From Thalia democratica (lineage: Eukaryota), in assembly GCA_965202585.1 (NCBI GenBank), contig CBDBBG010000103.1, positions 1 through 64,000 on the forward strand: a stretch of DNA of 64,000 nt, read 5' to 3'. Shown piece after piece: positions 38,780-52,100 of this stretch; the stretch's first letter is position 1, and each line of letters opens with the position of its first letter. A program made the translations under genes and the position numbers. Under the pieces are notes generated by a model. That model was not told where the DNA came from and did no database searches. It worked only from the letters and a program-made list of their open reading frames with translations.

Positions 38780-41700
38780 AGGTAAAGAACACCAATTCTA
38801 AACTTTTTATTACTTTGCACACCTTATCATTGGGCCCGTACAATGGTGTGCCACTAAGGAGATCGTTTCTCACATTCACAATTTCTTCTTAACCTTTCTT
38901 AGCTGTTAGAAATTAAAAGAAAAGCAGCATTTCTATCCATAATAATTCTTTTTGGAATGCTTTTCCAGCTTTGTGGTAAACTCGAACAACTTTGAACCCG
39001 TCACCGATTCAAAGGCTTGCTTTGGTGTGTGCGGGCAAGTGAACAGGAGTACAGCTATCAATTCTCATCAATACATGTCCACTGAAGACCTTAACTTATC
39101 TGAGAAAAAATTTTAGTAATGAAAGACGACTACCAACCATAACATTTGAAAGTTTTAAGCTTTACTCTGAACCCTTAGCTGTCGGTTTCGCCATCGGAAC
39201 CTCTAACAGTGCCGATTGCAGGCTTCTGATAGATAAATTAAACGATTTATTTTAAAATTACATTCATATAGCTTAATTCATATACATTTTACATAAAAAC
39301 TTTTTATATATCTTAATTATCATTACACTTTAACTTTTTTTAGGTTTTATTTAAGTATAACTTCTAAAAAAAGTTTATGAAAAACCTTTCGGTCTTTCAC
39401 AAACCACTTTTTAAATTTTGTTACTGTTACAACAAACCAGCCTATAACAAACCTAGTCAATGGACATAAAGAGATCAGTGCCAACGGCTATATTTGGGTG
39501 AACGAATAAGATCATTTGCATTTTTAAGCTTTTCTTGTTTTTAATTTATATCTCATCGTTTAGATTTTTCTGCAGTTTTAAAAGCAGGTTTTCTAAATTT
39601 TGAACTGGAGAAAGCAAATCTTGAAAGCTTAAACAATTGTTAAACATTGAAAATGGTTTCTGGGTTCACATTGCAGTGGACAATCAGTTGTTTTCGTGCA
39701 GATACTGCAGTGAATCGAGGATCTGGTTATTTAATTAAAAAATGATTAATGAATTAATTGACTTATAAAGTTTTTGTAATAATTTTATATTTATTACTTA
39801 TAGAATACTAAAAAGTTCTCAAAGCATAGTGACGTAACAATTTAACCAACTACTATTTTTCATAAAAATTCTCTTCACATTCATTTTGAATTTACATTCT
39901 TAGAGGAAGCAAACTTTTCATATTGCTATCCAAATTTAAAGTTCTAGTTATGTTAGTTCAGTTAATTTACATTTTAGCTGCATAGCTTGAATAATATATT
40001 TTAAGTTACTGAAGTTCTTAACTTGTTGATCTTATTAACTAGCTGCTTTATTATCATTAAAGTTAAGCTAGTGGTATTATCCAAGAAAATGTTGACAAGT
40101 AAATCTTTTCCCTTGTAGACTTTGTGTAATTTAGTTAACAAAACATGCCACGCTTAAAAGTCTTTGCTCATTACAAAAGTTCTTGTATAGAGATTACTTT
40201 ATCATATAAGCAAACAAGTTAAGCTTTCTAAAGCCTATTTAAATAACCTTTATAGCTATAAGTGAAACCAACAAAACTCTTGTTTAGTCTACAGAAACAA
40301 ACTTAGTTCATGTCTTAATCATTGAATGTGAATTTTTATCTTAATTAATTTATTTTTCTTTTATACTTGATATTTCTTTAACATTTCATACAACTCAGTA
40401 ATGCTCATAGTTCAAAGTGAACTCTAGAGAACTGGATACTGTTTAAAATATACAAATATTTTGTTTTCTCATGTCTAAGAAAATGACTGCATTGAGTAAA
40501 ACCCATTTTGACATAATACTGTTTTTTATTATTTTTGTACTTATGCTCATAAAACCCAGTTTGATTAAACTCTGTGATACAAAGAGAATCTATGCATTGC
40601 AAATATTTCCTCAAAGAAGAACCCGTCACTATGCTCATATAGATATTTTTCTGACGTATTTGTTAGATTCTAATACAAGCAACATACCTCTTAGTACAAT
40701 TTAAACTACACACAACGGATTTTATATCTGAAAACTTGCTGGAAAAATATGACAACATCAGTTTCAACGATGACGTGTGTATTTAAACGGTTCACATGTT
40801 CAGTTTCAGATGAGCCATCATCTTTGAACCAAGTAACTCGACAGCTTTGAAAATTTGCAAAAAAATATTTTTGCCCTCAGCTCTAAAAGACGAAATAACG
40901 TGGTAAAAGATTTTAACTCTTTTTGTTTTAAAGTTGCTGAATTTTTTAGTTTAAAAAAAAACTAATAAACAAGATAGATCAATTGCAAGTTTATTTTAAC
41001 CTAGCTATACACGCTGTTTTGTTTTTAGTTTAAACAACTTTTTTTAATTACCACACATATAAACTTTTTCTTTAAACAAACTAAGGTTGAAACATAAACA
41101 TTCACATATCTAATAAGAAAGTAATTAAAAGGACGACTTATAAAGTTTTTGTAATAATTACTATTATGAATTTGTTTACCTGTTTTTCAGGCATGTACAA
41201 ATAAGTCCTTGATTGATATTCTGGTATAAATTTTACAAGTCATTCTTTGGAACAAACCTTCATCCACAACTGCTTATTATCTTTCATCAACAGCTGCTGG
41301 TTCATTTTTTTTAGAACGAACTTTCATGGATGGTAATTAACTGCTGGTTCTCTTTCATCCACAACTGCTGCTTCTCCTTAACCCACAACTGATGATTCTC
41401 CATAACCCACAATTGCTTGTTCTCTTTCATCCACAGCTACTGGTTTTCCTAAGTCTTTAGTAGTACCAACAGTAGTTTTACATTTTCAACTAGTTCTTTT
41501 AAAACAAGAATGGTAGTTGCTGGGTTCTCCTTTCCAGCTACCATTTGTGTTTTAGCTACCTTTTTTTTGTTACCTTTTTTTTTTCTTTATCTCTCTAAGC
41601 TACAAGTAGTATTTATAGCTTAACGAAATTTATTTTTTGATATATCTATACAAAGTTGAGGATACAAACTTTTTGTAATTAATGGTTACTTAAAGAACCT

Positions 41701-44700
41701 ACAACTAAAACATGCAAAAAAATACAGCTCAATTGTTTAACACGACCATCAACACCAATTATATGTATTTATCTCAGCAATGCTGATGATGGCCGAAAAC
41801 ATTACCACTTCATGTTTTGTCGAAGTTAAGACTAACTTTGCGTTTTGCACAATCTTTGGATTTCAAAGATTATATTTACGTTTAAACCCCGACAACCAAG
41901 CAGCATTCTTCTGTAATTATATAGTTTCATTCAGCCAGTTATAGTCCAAACTTCCAGTTTTAGAACAAATATAGCTTGAAAGTCTACTTGTATAAAAGTG
42001 TACGAGTAGTAACAAACAAGAATAGTTTATTTTTATCTGAACTTTCAAGAAAAACATTTTAATTAAAAAGTCTTTAATTAAAAAATCCTTGTTAGCACTT
42101 ATAAAAGTACTAACAAATTTTACTTTCCAACTCTTCGTAGAACACATCAATATATTTAATGATGTGTTCGTAGTGAAACTCGACAAGTTTTCCAGCTTCT
42201 TTTCTAACATCTTGCCAGACGGTGTTGAAAAAACTAATTATTTCCAGTTTGATTAAATATAAACAGTTATCTGCAGTTTATAAAAATGTTAATTGCAGTC
42301 ACTTTTTTTTATACTTGACTTTTAAGCACATACAAATGATTTCCAACTTTATTTAAACAATTTAGGAACTCTTCTTTTAGCATCTTGAGTTGTTAGGAAT
42401 TCTTAGTTTGAAACTTCCTTTCAAGTATTTGGTGATATTTAATCGGATAATATTGAAACAAAATACATTTTCTTTCAACAATTTTTATATGCAGTAAATT
42501 TTGACTTCTAAAACTTTTTTTTGTCTATCCTGCTGGTAGACTAATATATTCAATGTAGCAAAAGTTCCCTATAAAGCAAATTAAGTGTTATTTATAACCG
42601 AACTATTACCTTTTTAAGAAAGCTGAGGTCTTCTGCAAAAAATTAATTTCAATTGTTAACTAACTTCTCTTAGCTCTTCCACCAAATCAAACTTCAATAT
42701 CTTTCCTGTGGTGTTAGACAACATTCAACTCTATTTTCTCCTAAATTTTTTTGACTGCCATCTTCACATGCAGATCTTGCTAATAAGAGAAAATAAAATT
42801 GTTAAAAGTTAACATCTGTTTCTTTTCAATATTTAATAAGAAAATTCTTTAAAGAAGCACTTTTAACTATTCAAATACAATATTAATTTTGTTGGAAAAA
42901 GTTATGAATCTTTAACTTAGAGGTTTTGGACAGTTTTAAAATTTTATGACGTATTTCTGGTAGACAGCCTTAATCATCGTACCAAAAGATCCCAATTTAA
43001 AACAAGTTAAAATGAAACATAAGGTACTTTTATTGGTATAACTTACTTTTATAATACTCTATAAACGTTTATACTGATTTTGTAAGTTTTTACGAAAGTG
43101 AAAACATTAAATAGTTTAGTTGGCACAAACTCTTATGCTTTTAGATTTTGTAGTTATTGGAAAATTTATTTCAAAAAATAACTTCTCTTAGCTCTTCCAC
43201 CAAATCAAATTTCGAAATCTTTCTGTGTTTGACAACATTCAACTCTATTTTCTCCAGAACCTTTTCGACTGCCTTCTTCACATGCAGACCTTGCTAATAA
43301 GAGAAAATAAATTTGTTAAAAGTTAACATGTGTTTCTTTTCAATATTTAAAAAGAAAATTCTTTAAAGAAGCACTTTTAACTTTGCAAACACAATTTTTT
43401 TTTTGGAAAAACACACGAATCTTAAACTGAATATTTTGGACAGTTTTAAGGTTTATGACGTATTTCCATTCGTCTGGCTGGTAGACAGCCTTAACCATCG
43501 TACCAAAAGCTCCCTACAAATAAGTAAAACATAAGTATCTTATTTAGCAATTAGATTGTTTTAAATATGAGATATTTAATTGGTAAGATTTATAGGACTT
43601 TGTATAGCTTACGTTTATAACAGTTCAAAAAAATTAAAACTATTATGATAAAGTTGTACAACCATCAAAATATAAAACAGTTTTATTATCTCGTTTCTTT
43701 ACACTTTTAGATTTTTTTAACAATTGCAAAGTTTTGTTTATAAATCTAATCTCTTCCAAAAAGTTGAACTTTAAAACCTTTCTGTATTTAGTTTCTGCCA
43801 TTTCCATCTTTTCTCCAGCTACTTTCTTCATTCGCAGATCTTGCTAAAAATATAAAATAATTTTATTGGAAAATAAATTTAATTTTTTTTGGAAAAACAC
43901 ACGAATTATAAACTGAATATTTTGGACAGTTTTATGACTTATTGCTGATGTCTGACTGGTAGACAGCCTTGACCATCGGACCAAAAGATCCGAATAAAAA
44001 CAAGTTTAAATGAAGCATAAGATGATTTGGTTAGCTATAAATACTGTGTATAGCTTACTTTGATAATAATCTATAAACATTATTAATAATTTTGTTAAAA
44101 TTTGCGAGAATAGAAACATTAAGTAGTTGCCATAAAATCTTTTGTTTTTAAATTAGATAATTTTTGAAAAACTTTATTTTCAATCTAACTACTCTTAGCT
44201 CTTCCTCAAAATCAAGTTTCTTACAACCTTCTATTTACTCCTTAACCTTTTCGACTGCTTTCTATACATGCAGATCTTGATACTAAAATGAACGTGTATT
44301 TGTTTTCAAATCTTTCCTGAAAAAAATAGAGGATAAGTTATGGTGAAAAAATTGTTCAAAAATCTTCTACTTCGTGTTTTGCAGATTATTAGTTGTAGTA
44401 ATGTATTAGTGTTGATTGTACCTTTTTGTTGATTGTAGTAAAACTAATGTACTTAAGACAAACAACAATTTATTAGTATTTCATCTAAAAATTTCCTTAT
44501 TACCAGTACAATTAATATGAAAACATATTTAGTTGTTCTCTGTACTTAATTAAAATCTCTTCGCACCTGCAACTTTTTACAATTTATTTGTAACTAACTT
44601 AAGTTTTATTTTTTCGATACAGTCCAACAACCTATTGCTATCTAGACAACAGCGATTAACAGTTTGCTTGTTGCAGAACTATTTGCAAACTCAATTTCAC

Positions 44701-44760
44701 ACTTCTAGGGTAACTACAACAAGTAGACTCGTGTTATTATACATATGCATCAGAACTTAA
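38780..44760 (-). pseudogene. Decayed paralogue of the CTLD receptor pseudokinase
   Basis: Exon remnants in the expected order: TM (44610-44720), juxtamembrane/Gly-loop exons repeated (42665-44279), alphaC WQDVRKEAGKLVEFHYEHIIKYIDVF (~42110-42230), IIFEIQRLCKTQ (~41851-41917), ILDSLQYLHENN/LIVHCNVNPETIF (~39650-39723), VGTDLFMSID* (~39455-39515), SSVDMY**ELIAVLLF (~38930-39100). Confidence 0.8.
41240..41450 (-). repeat. 24-bp minisatellite encoding AVVDEREP-like octapeptides
   Basis: Unit TTCTCTTTCATCCACAACTGCTG recurs about 6 times; the minus strand reads VAVDEREQAIVGYGESSVVG*GEAAVVDEREPAV. Confidence 0.7.
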
Positions 44761-45703
44761 CTATAGACAAATATCACACATTACTTGATTTTTTGTGATT
44801 TATCTTCTAATAAAACACCAACTTAAACACCTTGTTTTTAATATTGAATAGAATAGTTAAAATTTGAATTATGTGCAGTAAAATTTTAGCAACTTCATAA
44901 TAAAACATTTTAAAATTGTTATTATATTAATGCAGTTATCTACACGCTTTTTACAAGAAACGTTCTCTAAACATTTGGGTGATGTATCTTTTATACAAAA
45001 AACCACACAACAAGTTTACAAAATTACTTACTCAAAAAATATAAGCTGCTTTTAAAACTTTTATCAAATACTAGGCAAAGTTTTTGATGAAATTTTTATC
45101 ATTGATTTTAAGCCTTATTTCTTATAACTGCAGCAAGCACTAAATTATCTCCTAATAATCAGAGTTCAACAATAAATAATGCAAGTAGTTTATTATAGAT
45201 TAACTAAGATTTTATTGATAACACAATTTTTTTTTAGAACATTGTTTTAAAAAAAAATACTAAAATGTATGAAGTTATAACATATATGTCATAAACTAAA
45301 ACTACCAATAAAACAAATATTATATTAACAAAAATTATATAACTAAAAGTATGCAAGCATCTGATTTAATGTTACATATATAAGTCGATTTTTTTCTTGG
45401 TATAAATAATGCAGCAGTTCATTCAATCAGCAAACATAAAAAACTAAGCATATATATGATGAATTAATAAGAGCTGTTATCCAGAAAGATGAGATTAAAC
45501 ACTTTAGGTATGTACTTAATTTTATTTAAGAGTCTAAATAATATATCATAGTTTTTTTAATTTGCGCAAAACTCTAAGTATAAATTGATAAGGCTTTTCT
45601 AAGTGTACAAAACCATTTTTTATCCACTTAAGCGTGTAATCATAAACTATTTTTATATTTCATTTATCTAATGCAACAATTAAGTAAAATTCAAAAAGTT
45701 TAA

Positions 45704-45812
45704 AGTAGTCTACCGAAACCGAATCTTAATTTGAAAATTAGGATTCGTCCGAGTCCAAAAAGGGCGGATTTATCCAAATCCGAGGCCGAATCTTGGATTT
45801 GGTAGATCAATA
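45704..45812. mobile_element. Short GC-rich MITE
   Basis: Left end TAGTCTACCGAAACCGAATC; right end reverse complement TATTGATCTACCAAATCCAAGATTC. A related end GTGATCTACCGAATA lies at ~46422-46437. No TSD seen. Confidence 0.55.
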
Positions 45813-46983
45813 GTAATAACTTTAATAAAAAGTTTATCTAAAGTATTTATAACAAATTTGATATTTTAATACATTTGATTCTTAAAAATTATTAGACAGT
45901 TACACTTTAAGTTTGTAAAAAAAAAGTTTTTTGCGTCATCAGTTTTTGTTTCCCGCAAATAAATTTTTATTGTTTATTATTAAACATTGAAAAAAAAAAA
46001 GATTAATTAACAATCTTTATTTAATATATAAAAAAATGTTCTCACTTATTTGCATGCCTGCAATACTTGATTAACATATAAAATTAAAACAATTTGCAGT
46101 CTTTATAACTGTACTAGCCTTATTAGAAAAAAAATCACTGTCCAACTCCACACAAACAGAATATTTAAATAAAGACTTATATTTTATGTTAGAAGGTCTA
46201 TAGTAAACTAAGTTAATAGCTTCTTTACTATAAAGAAGCTTCTTTACCAATTGAGATATAGCCATTTATAAAGATTTTGGTTTAAGGTTTTAATTTATAA
46301 ATAGATAGATTGTTTTTTTTGATAATTTGTTTAAAATTTTGTTTTTTTGAGCTGTTATAGTTTTATGCCTAATCATAAACATAACATTGTAAGAATTTAC
46401 TATGTTTTTTTGTTTCATCGAATATGTGATCTACCGAATAATTAACTAAAGTTTTTTTTTTGGTTAACTTAATTTTAAATAATCAACGAAAGTGATTTTT
46501 TTGGTAGTTTAATAATGTTTGTTTTTTATATGTAAATCTGTTACAAAACAGCAGAGTTGCTAAATTGCCAATTAGCAAATTGCCATAAATTATTCAAGCA
46601 TTAAGTTTAAATTCAAAACAAACACTATTTTAATTAACATTAGGAGTTCTTTTTTTATTGGACTCTATAAGCCGTAAAAATTATAAAAAAAACTATTTTG
46701 GAAAACTATATATGTATGATTTAATAAGTTTATTAAGTTTTATTTCAAGAAAAAGCAATGTTAAAAAAATACCTTAAAGTTTTACTTGCTTAGTTTTTAG
46801 AAACAGCTTAAATGGATAAATTATTTTTAAAGTTCAGAATCCGTTTTAGTCCATTTTGTCAATTTCCTTTTATTTAATACTTAGTTTTGTATAAGCACAA
46901 TCAAATTTACATCTAACACTTTTTGTCATAACCACAAATAGATTGCCAAAAATGTTTGAGGTATAATATCTTTAATGGATATC

Positions 46984-47636
46984 TTATTCGACACTATCGT
47001 GCAAAAACTGATCGTCTCACTTTTGCATTAGATTATAATATTAATTCGATGATGAAACAACTTTCTTTCCAATTAAGCAGTATTTATGAGGTAAAAAATA
47101 ACGAAAAACGAAAATTTAGTACAGAACTTATACATAAAGATGATAATGACTACAAGTTTATTTTGCGTTCAATTGATAACAAAAGTGGTGATAATTTTCG
47201 AAAAATTAGACAGTTGTTCAGAGTTAACCCTACTGATAAAAATGAAGTTCTCAACTACAAACATAAGTACCTTTACCTAAAGGGAGTTAAAGCAGACAAA
47301 GTAAAACATGTTTTGACAAATGGTTTTACTGATAATTTAAACAGCCTAAACAAGTTTGACTCACTTTTACGAAAAACTGCAACGAACTTGAATTTTGCAA
47401 CATATGTTGGTAGTAATTACTGTGAAGTTGATAACACAGTGAAAAAGTTGTCATTTGTATTTGTTGTCTCTTCAAAAGAAAGTTATAAAGATCAAAACGA
47501 TAATAAAACTATCGAGGATAGCAGGAAAAGCGTCACAAGAGAAGGAATACTTAGTAATTTGGAGCATGAGGATGTAAAAAATATTTCGGGTTCAATTCCA
47601 GCCTACTTGATTATATTTGAGTTAGATGAATATTGA
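46984..47636 (+). pseudogene. Tandem ART-domain gene, copy 3, 5'-truncated (second, degenerate ART domain only)
   Basis: Homology to copies 1 and 2 starts abruptly at TTATTCGACACTATCG (46984); upstream sequence is unrelated. The ORF ends ...IPAYLIIFELDEY*. Confidence 0.85.
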
Positions 47637-48834
47637 AGTTAAGAATATGTTCAAATTTCTTTCTTTTTATATAAATTAATATAAGTATTTGTACGTTTTC
47701 CTAGTGAAATATATCTTTTAAAATAATTCTTTCAACTTCAAATAACTTATTTTAACTTTAAGTAATAAGTACGTTAGTTAAAAAATTATTAATAGTAAAA
47801 TATTTCTTAACTGACATTGTTAGAAGTGTCTGTTTTATTTTATGTGTTATTTTAAACTTATTCTAGTGTACTTTATTAGTTTCTAGATTAAAACGGTGTT
47901 TAAATTTAATTAAGAAGAAAAGCCTAGAACTTTTTACTGCTTCAAAGATAATAGTCACTTATTATTTTATGAAATTTAGTTTAAACATGTTGTTTCGTAT
48001 ATTTAAATAAATTCGAGCAAATAAATACTGTTGTCTGTTTTATTATTTATAATAAACCTTACCAATAAATATAAATTAATTTTTACATATAAATTAAATT
48101 ATAAAGTTATTTTAAAGTTTTAAAAACACAAAAGGTTACTTATTAAGAAATTTTATTTTTATTAATGAATTATTAGAATTATAATTCAAAAATTTTCCCG
48201 ATATTTGTCAATATATGTTTTTAATTCTATACTTCGCTAGCACTGATTTATGTTTTTAGTTATTTATGATGAACTATACTGAAAACGGTAGTTTTCGTTA
48301 AAATTTTAAAGTAGTACAAAAGTTACTATGGCTAATAGTTAGTAAAAAAGCAAAACTAACTAATTTAGGTACAATTAGCTAATTTTTTTCCGTTAAGCAA
48401 AATATATATTAAGATAGGACGAGTAGGTATATATTAATTCTAAAACACAATTGTTATTTCTATAACAAAAAGATAATATACTTAAATTATTCTAGTCTTG
48501 AATTTTGCATAGTTCACAGTCAGTAACTATTACTGATGCTTAATGGTTTGTATTCACTTTAAAAAAAAATTTTCTACAATTTTTGAAAGCATGATTTATT
48601 TCTTTAGCGGAAAAAAATTTATTGTATAATGAGCTCTTTTGTAGCTATATAGGCTTTTTAATTCTTATATGATGTATTTATCAGTTTTACTTTTATTTAA
48701 TAATTTTTCTAAATTTATTTTAGATAGCTAATAGTCTTCACTATTTTGAAAAACTTAAGTTAACTATCATTCTGAGTTATTTTTGTGCATAAGGCATATG
48801 AGTCAATAATGCACGAAGTAAACTATGCACTATA

Positions 48835-49173
48835 TCAACATGTATATCTTTTGCACGGTGATGGGTCAGATATGCATGAAAACACTTTTAAACAAATTGT
48901 CAAATGTGCACGAATAGTCACTTTGCACGAAAAGTCACTTTTATACGAAGACAATTTTGCATGGCGTCACTTTTCACGAAGGGTCTTTTTTTTCATGAAG
49001 ATAGTTTTGCTCGTGGAAAAGTGAACCTTTGTGAAAAGTGTCTTTGTGCTAAAATTTTCTTTGTGCCAAAGTGTTCTTGTGCAAAATAGACTTTTCGTTT
49101 ATATTTGACACTTTGTTTAAAAGTGTCTTTGTGCATATTTGACCAATTACCGTGCAAAAGATATACTTATTGT
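48835..49173. mobile_element. Same palindromic MITE in unit 3
   Basis: Orthologous copy of 3122..3463. Confidence 0.7.
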
Positions 49174-52100
49174 AACAAATATTGTCAACTACTAATTTAA
49201 TATTCTAATAAAGAAGAAGATATTCTATAGGTTATATTTCAAAAGAAATGACTAGATCAAAACATTGTTTTGACCTTTGTTTTCCTATTATTTCTTTTAA
49301 ATATATTGTGATACGGAAACGTTAAAAATAAAAAGCTTGATTGAACAGCTGCAGTAGTAATTAATTATTTATAAGTTATTTGACATTAAAAGTCTTACTA
49401 ATAATCTGGTTGCTGTTTTATCGTTGATGTTAGTACAGTATTGTAAAATATTGGTTCAAATTAATAACTTTTTTGTAGTAAATGTAAATTCGCCCCGACA
49501 ATATTTTATAAATTGAGTAGAACCCGGTCCGTGAGGATGTAAATCCGGCCCGCTAAACCAAATTTTAAACTTACACTAGATAAGGGGTCAGAAAACCGCA
49601 GCCTATGAAGAGCAAAACAAAATGCATCCCATAAAAGGTACAAACTCGTGCCCACGAAAATAACATCTTTGAATCTAAATCTAGATTTCCAGATATTTGA
49701 AATTAAGAGTATAAACAGAATACACGGAAAATTTCAAACTAACACCATATTAACTGAAGTTTGAAGCGGCAAAATAAATAAAAAAAACTTTCAAAATTAG
49801 TTGAACTATTTATTTTTTTTTAATTTAATGAAACTATCCTGCCCACCAAAATCTAAATTGACCATCTGTGTGAAAATGTTGCTCATCTATCTTCTAGAGT
49901 GTAATTTTTTCAACCAATCATGCTCAGATAAAAGCAGGAGTCGGCAAACTGTGAATTGATACGGGTTATAGTGCTTGCCGTGAGCATGTTTTTATTTCAA
50001 ATTAAATGCAGCCAACGAAAAGTTAAATACGGATTGCAACATGTAAATGTTCAAAAAATTTTACGAAGTAGTCAGGAATATAAAATTAAAGGCAAAATAT
50101 TTGACATTAGGTACATCGTACGGGAAATTCATAACTTGCACTAGGTATTTCGGGTATGTTAAGAACAATAATAACAAAACTACGATTGATAGTTGCAAAT
50201 ACTAGAATTTTCAAAATTTGCTTTGTGACCATTATACGCCAGCTGACTTCTGGTTTTAAGGCTAAAAAGCAATGATTATGAATAAAAAACATTAGGAAAA
50301 TTCTAAAAAAACAAAAATTCTGTGATCGTTTTTAAAAACGATAAATACAATTGAAACTTAATTTAACACTTAAACAAAGTTTCCATTATTACTACTTTTA
50401 TTTAATAAACTAAACAAAAAGGTTCAATAAAATGTCCCCCTTTCACTATGCAAAAATTTTAACCTCAAAGTATCTATCAAATACTTTCGGTAGTTTTGTT
50501 TGAGGTTAAAATGCTTCCAGCAACAAAACAGACGCTTTGTTTTACTTTATCTAAAATTATGATACTATTAAAACTTAAACTTATAAGTTGCTCTCATAAT
50601 TTTATGTTAGTATTAATAAACTGCTTAAAAGTTCACGTTGCAATCTCACGATTCTAACAATAGTGTGAAATGCACATAATGGTAGACTCTTTGATTTAAA
50701 AAAATTTACAATAAAGTTAATTTATACTTTGTATAAGTTTATAGAATTTTTATCCTATTTAAATTTCGTTCTTATTAGTTTATTGTAAAATACTAAAATT
50801 ATAAAGACATTTTTGTTTAAAATTGTATTCAATAATGATTGTTTTTTATCATAAAACAATTTTTGATGTATATAAATAAAATAGTAAATTAAATCAAAAA
50901 CTAATTTTTTGATATGATCGATTTAAATAGTTTAAACCTCAAAGACAACTAATAATAAAGAATGTTGAAATCTATGTGGGGAATGCCCCGGAGAGGTGGT
51001 CACGTTAGTGGCCATGTAAAACCGTTATGAAGGTTTTAAGAGGATAGCTTCGCTACATCTGGACAGGTGGAGGGTTTATAACTAGGGTCAATGTTAGGTA
51101 TAAACTTAGACTAAGATAATTTCAATCAATAAACAAAATGAATACAACGCAATAATAAATAATGAAATTATTAAGCTTTCAATACCAATAAATGCAAATC
51201 TAGAAAATTAGTAAATAAGTCAAATATAAACTAAGTTGTGTAATAGTTTAAATTAGTTTAAACCCTAATTTAATTGTATATATCAGCAGTTATAAATGCT
51301 ATTTTATTTTGAACTAGAAACAAACTGCTGGGTTCCAGTTCAAATATCTAAAGCCAACTACAGAAATTATGTTCTAATCAGCAGCAAATACAAATCAGTT
51401 AAGTGAACTGCTTCCAATCTCAATGCCAAGTCAACAACCAATAAGCAGTGAATTGACAGCAAGCCAATTATGAAAAAAAAAATGTTTTTCTCTAATGCAT
51501 CAGGAATAATGCCTTTTATACTTAATTACAAGTTATTTACAATTTACAATTTGGTTAATTGATGACTGGTTGTTTAATTTCAAGTTGTTAATAAAGAAAC
51601 TACTTATTATTACGGATGCATTACCAATGCATTGCAAGGTGATAAAAACATACATAGATAAAGAAATGATTATTCAAAGAGGATAGAAGTTGATTAAAAA
51701 CTAAACTAAATTGTAAGCTAAAAAAAGTATTAGTTTTAAGTTTTAAAAGCGAATCTTTTTTAAGCTTTAATCGAAATATTTCATTTTTTTTACTTTAATC
51801 TGTGAAGATTTTCATATGGGAGATTTTTTACAATTAAATTAAAAAGTAATATAAAACATCAACATCATTAATATAATTTTTTTGTTCAGTCTTGGTTTGT
51901 AAATATTTTTGGCAATTTAAAACAGCTGTTTTCTTCAAATTAGACATGTAGTTTATGTTTGGTTATTTAGTAGCAGTTTTCCTCTTTAAATCTACCAAGT
52001 ATACTTGGTTATTGTTTACTAGTTTTAACTTTTGGTTATTAGTTTTCAAGTTCAGTGTAGTGTGCGTCTCTACATTTTCGTTTTTAGGCTACATTTTCAT

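Noticed and set aside
40405-40704. Overlapping ORFs, one with GSSLRKYL resembling a kinase hinge
   Set aside because: No alignment to the corresponding exon of the intact gene and no clear splice sites.
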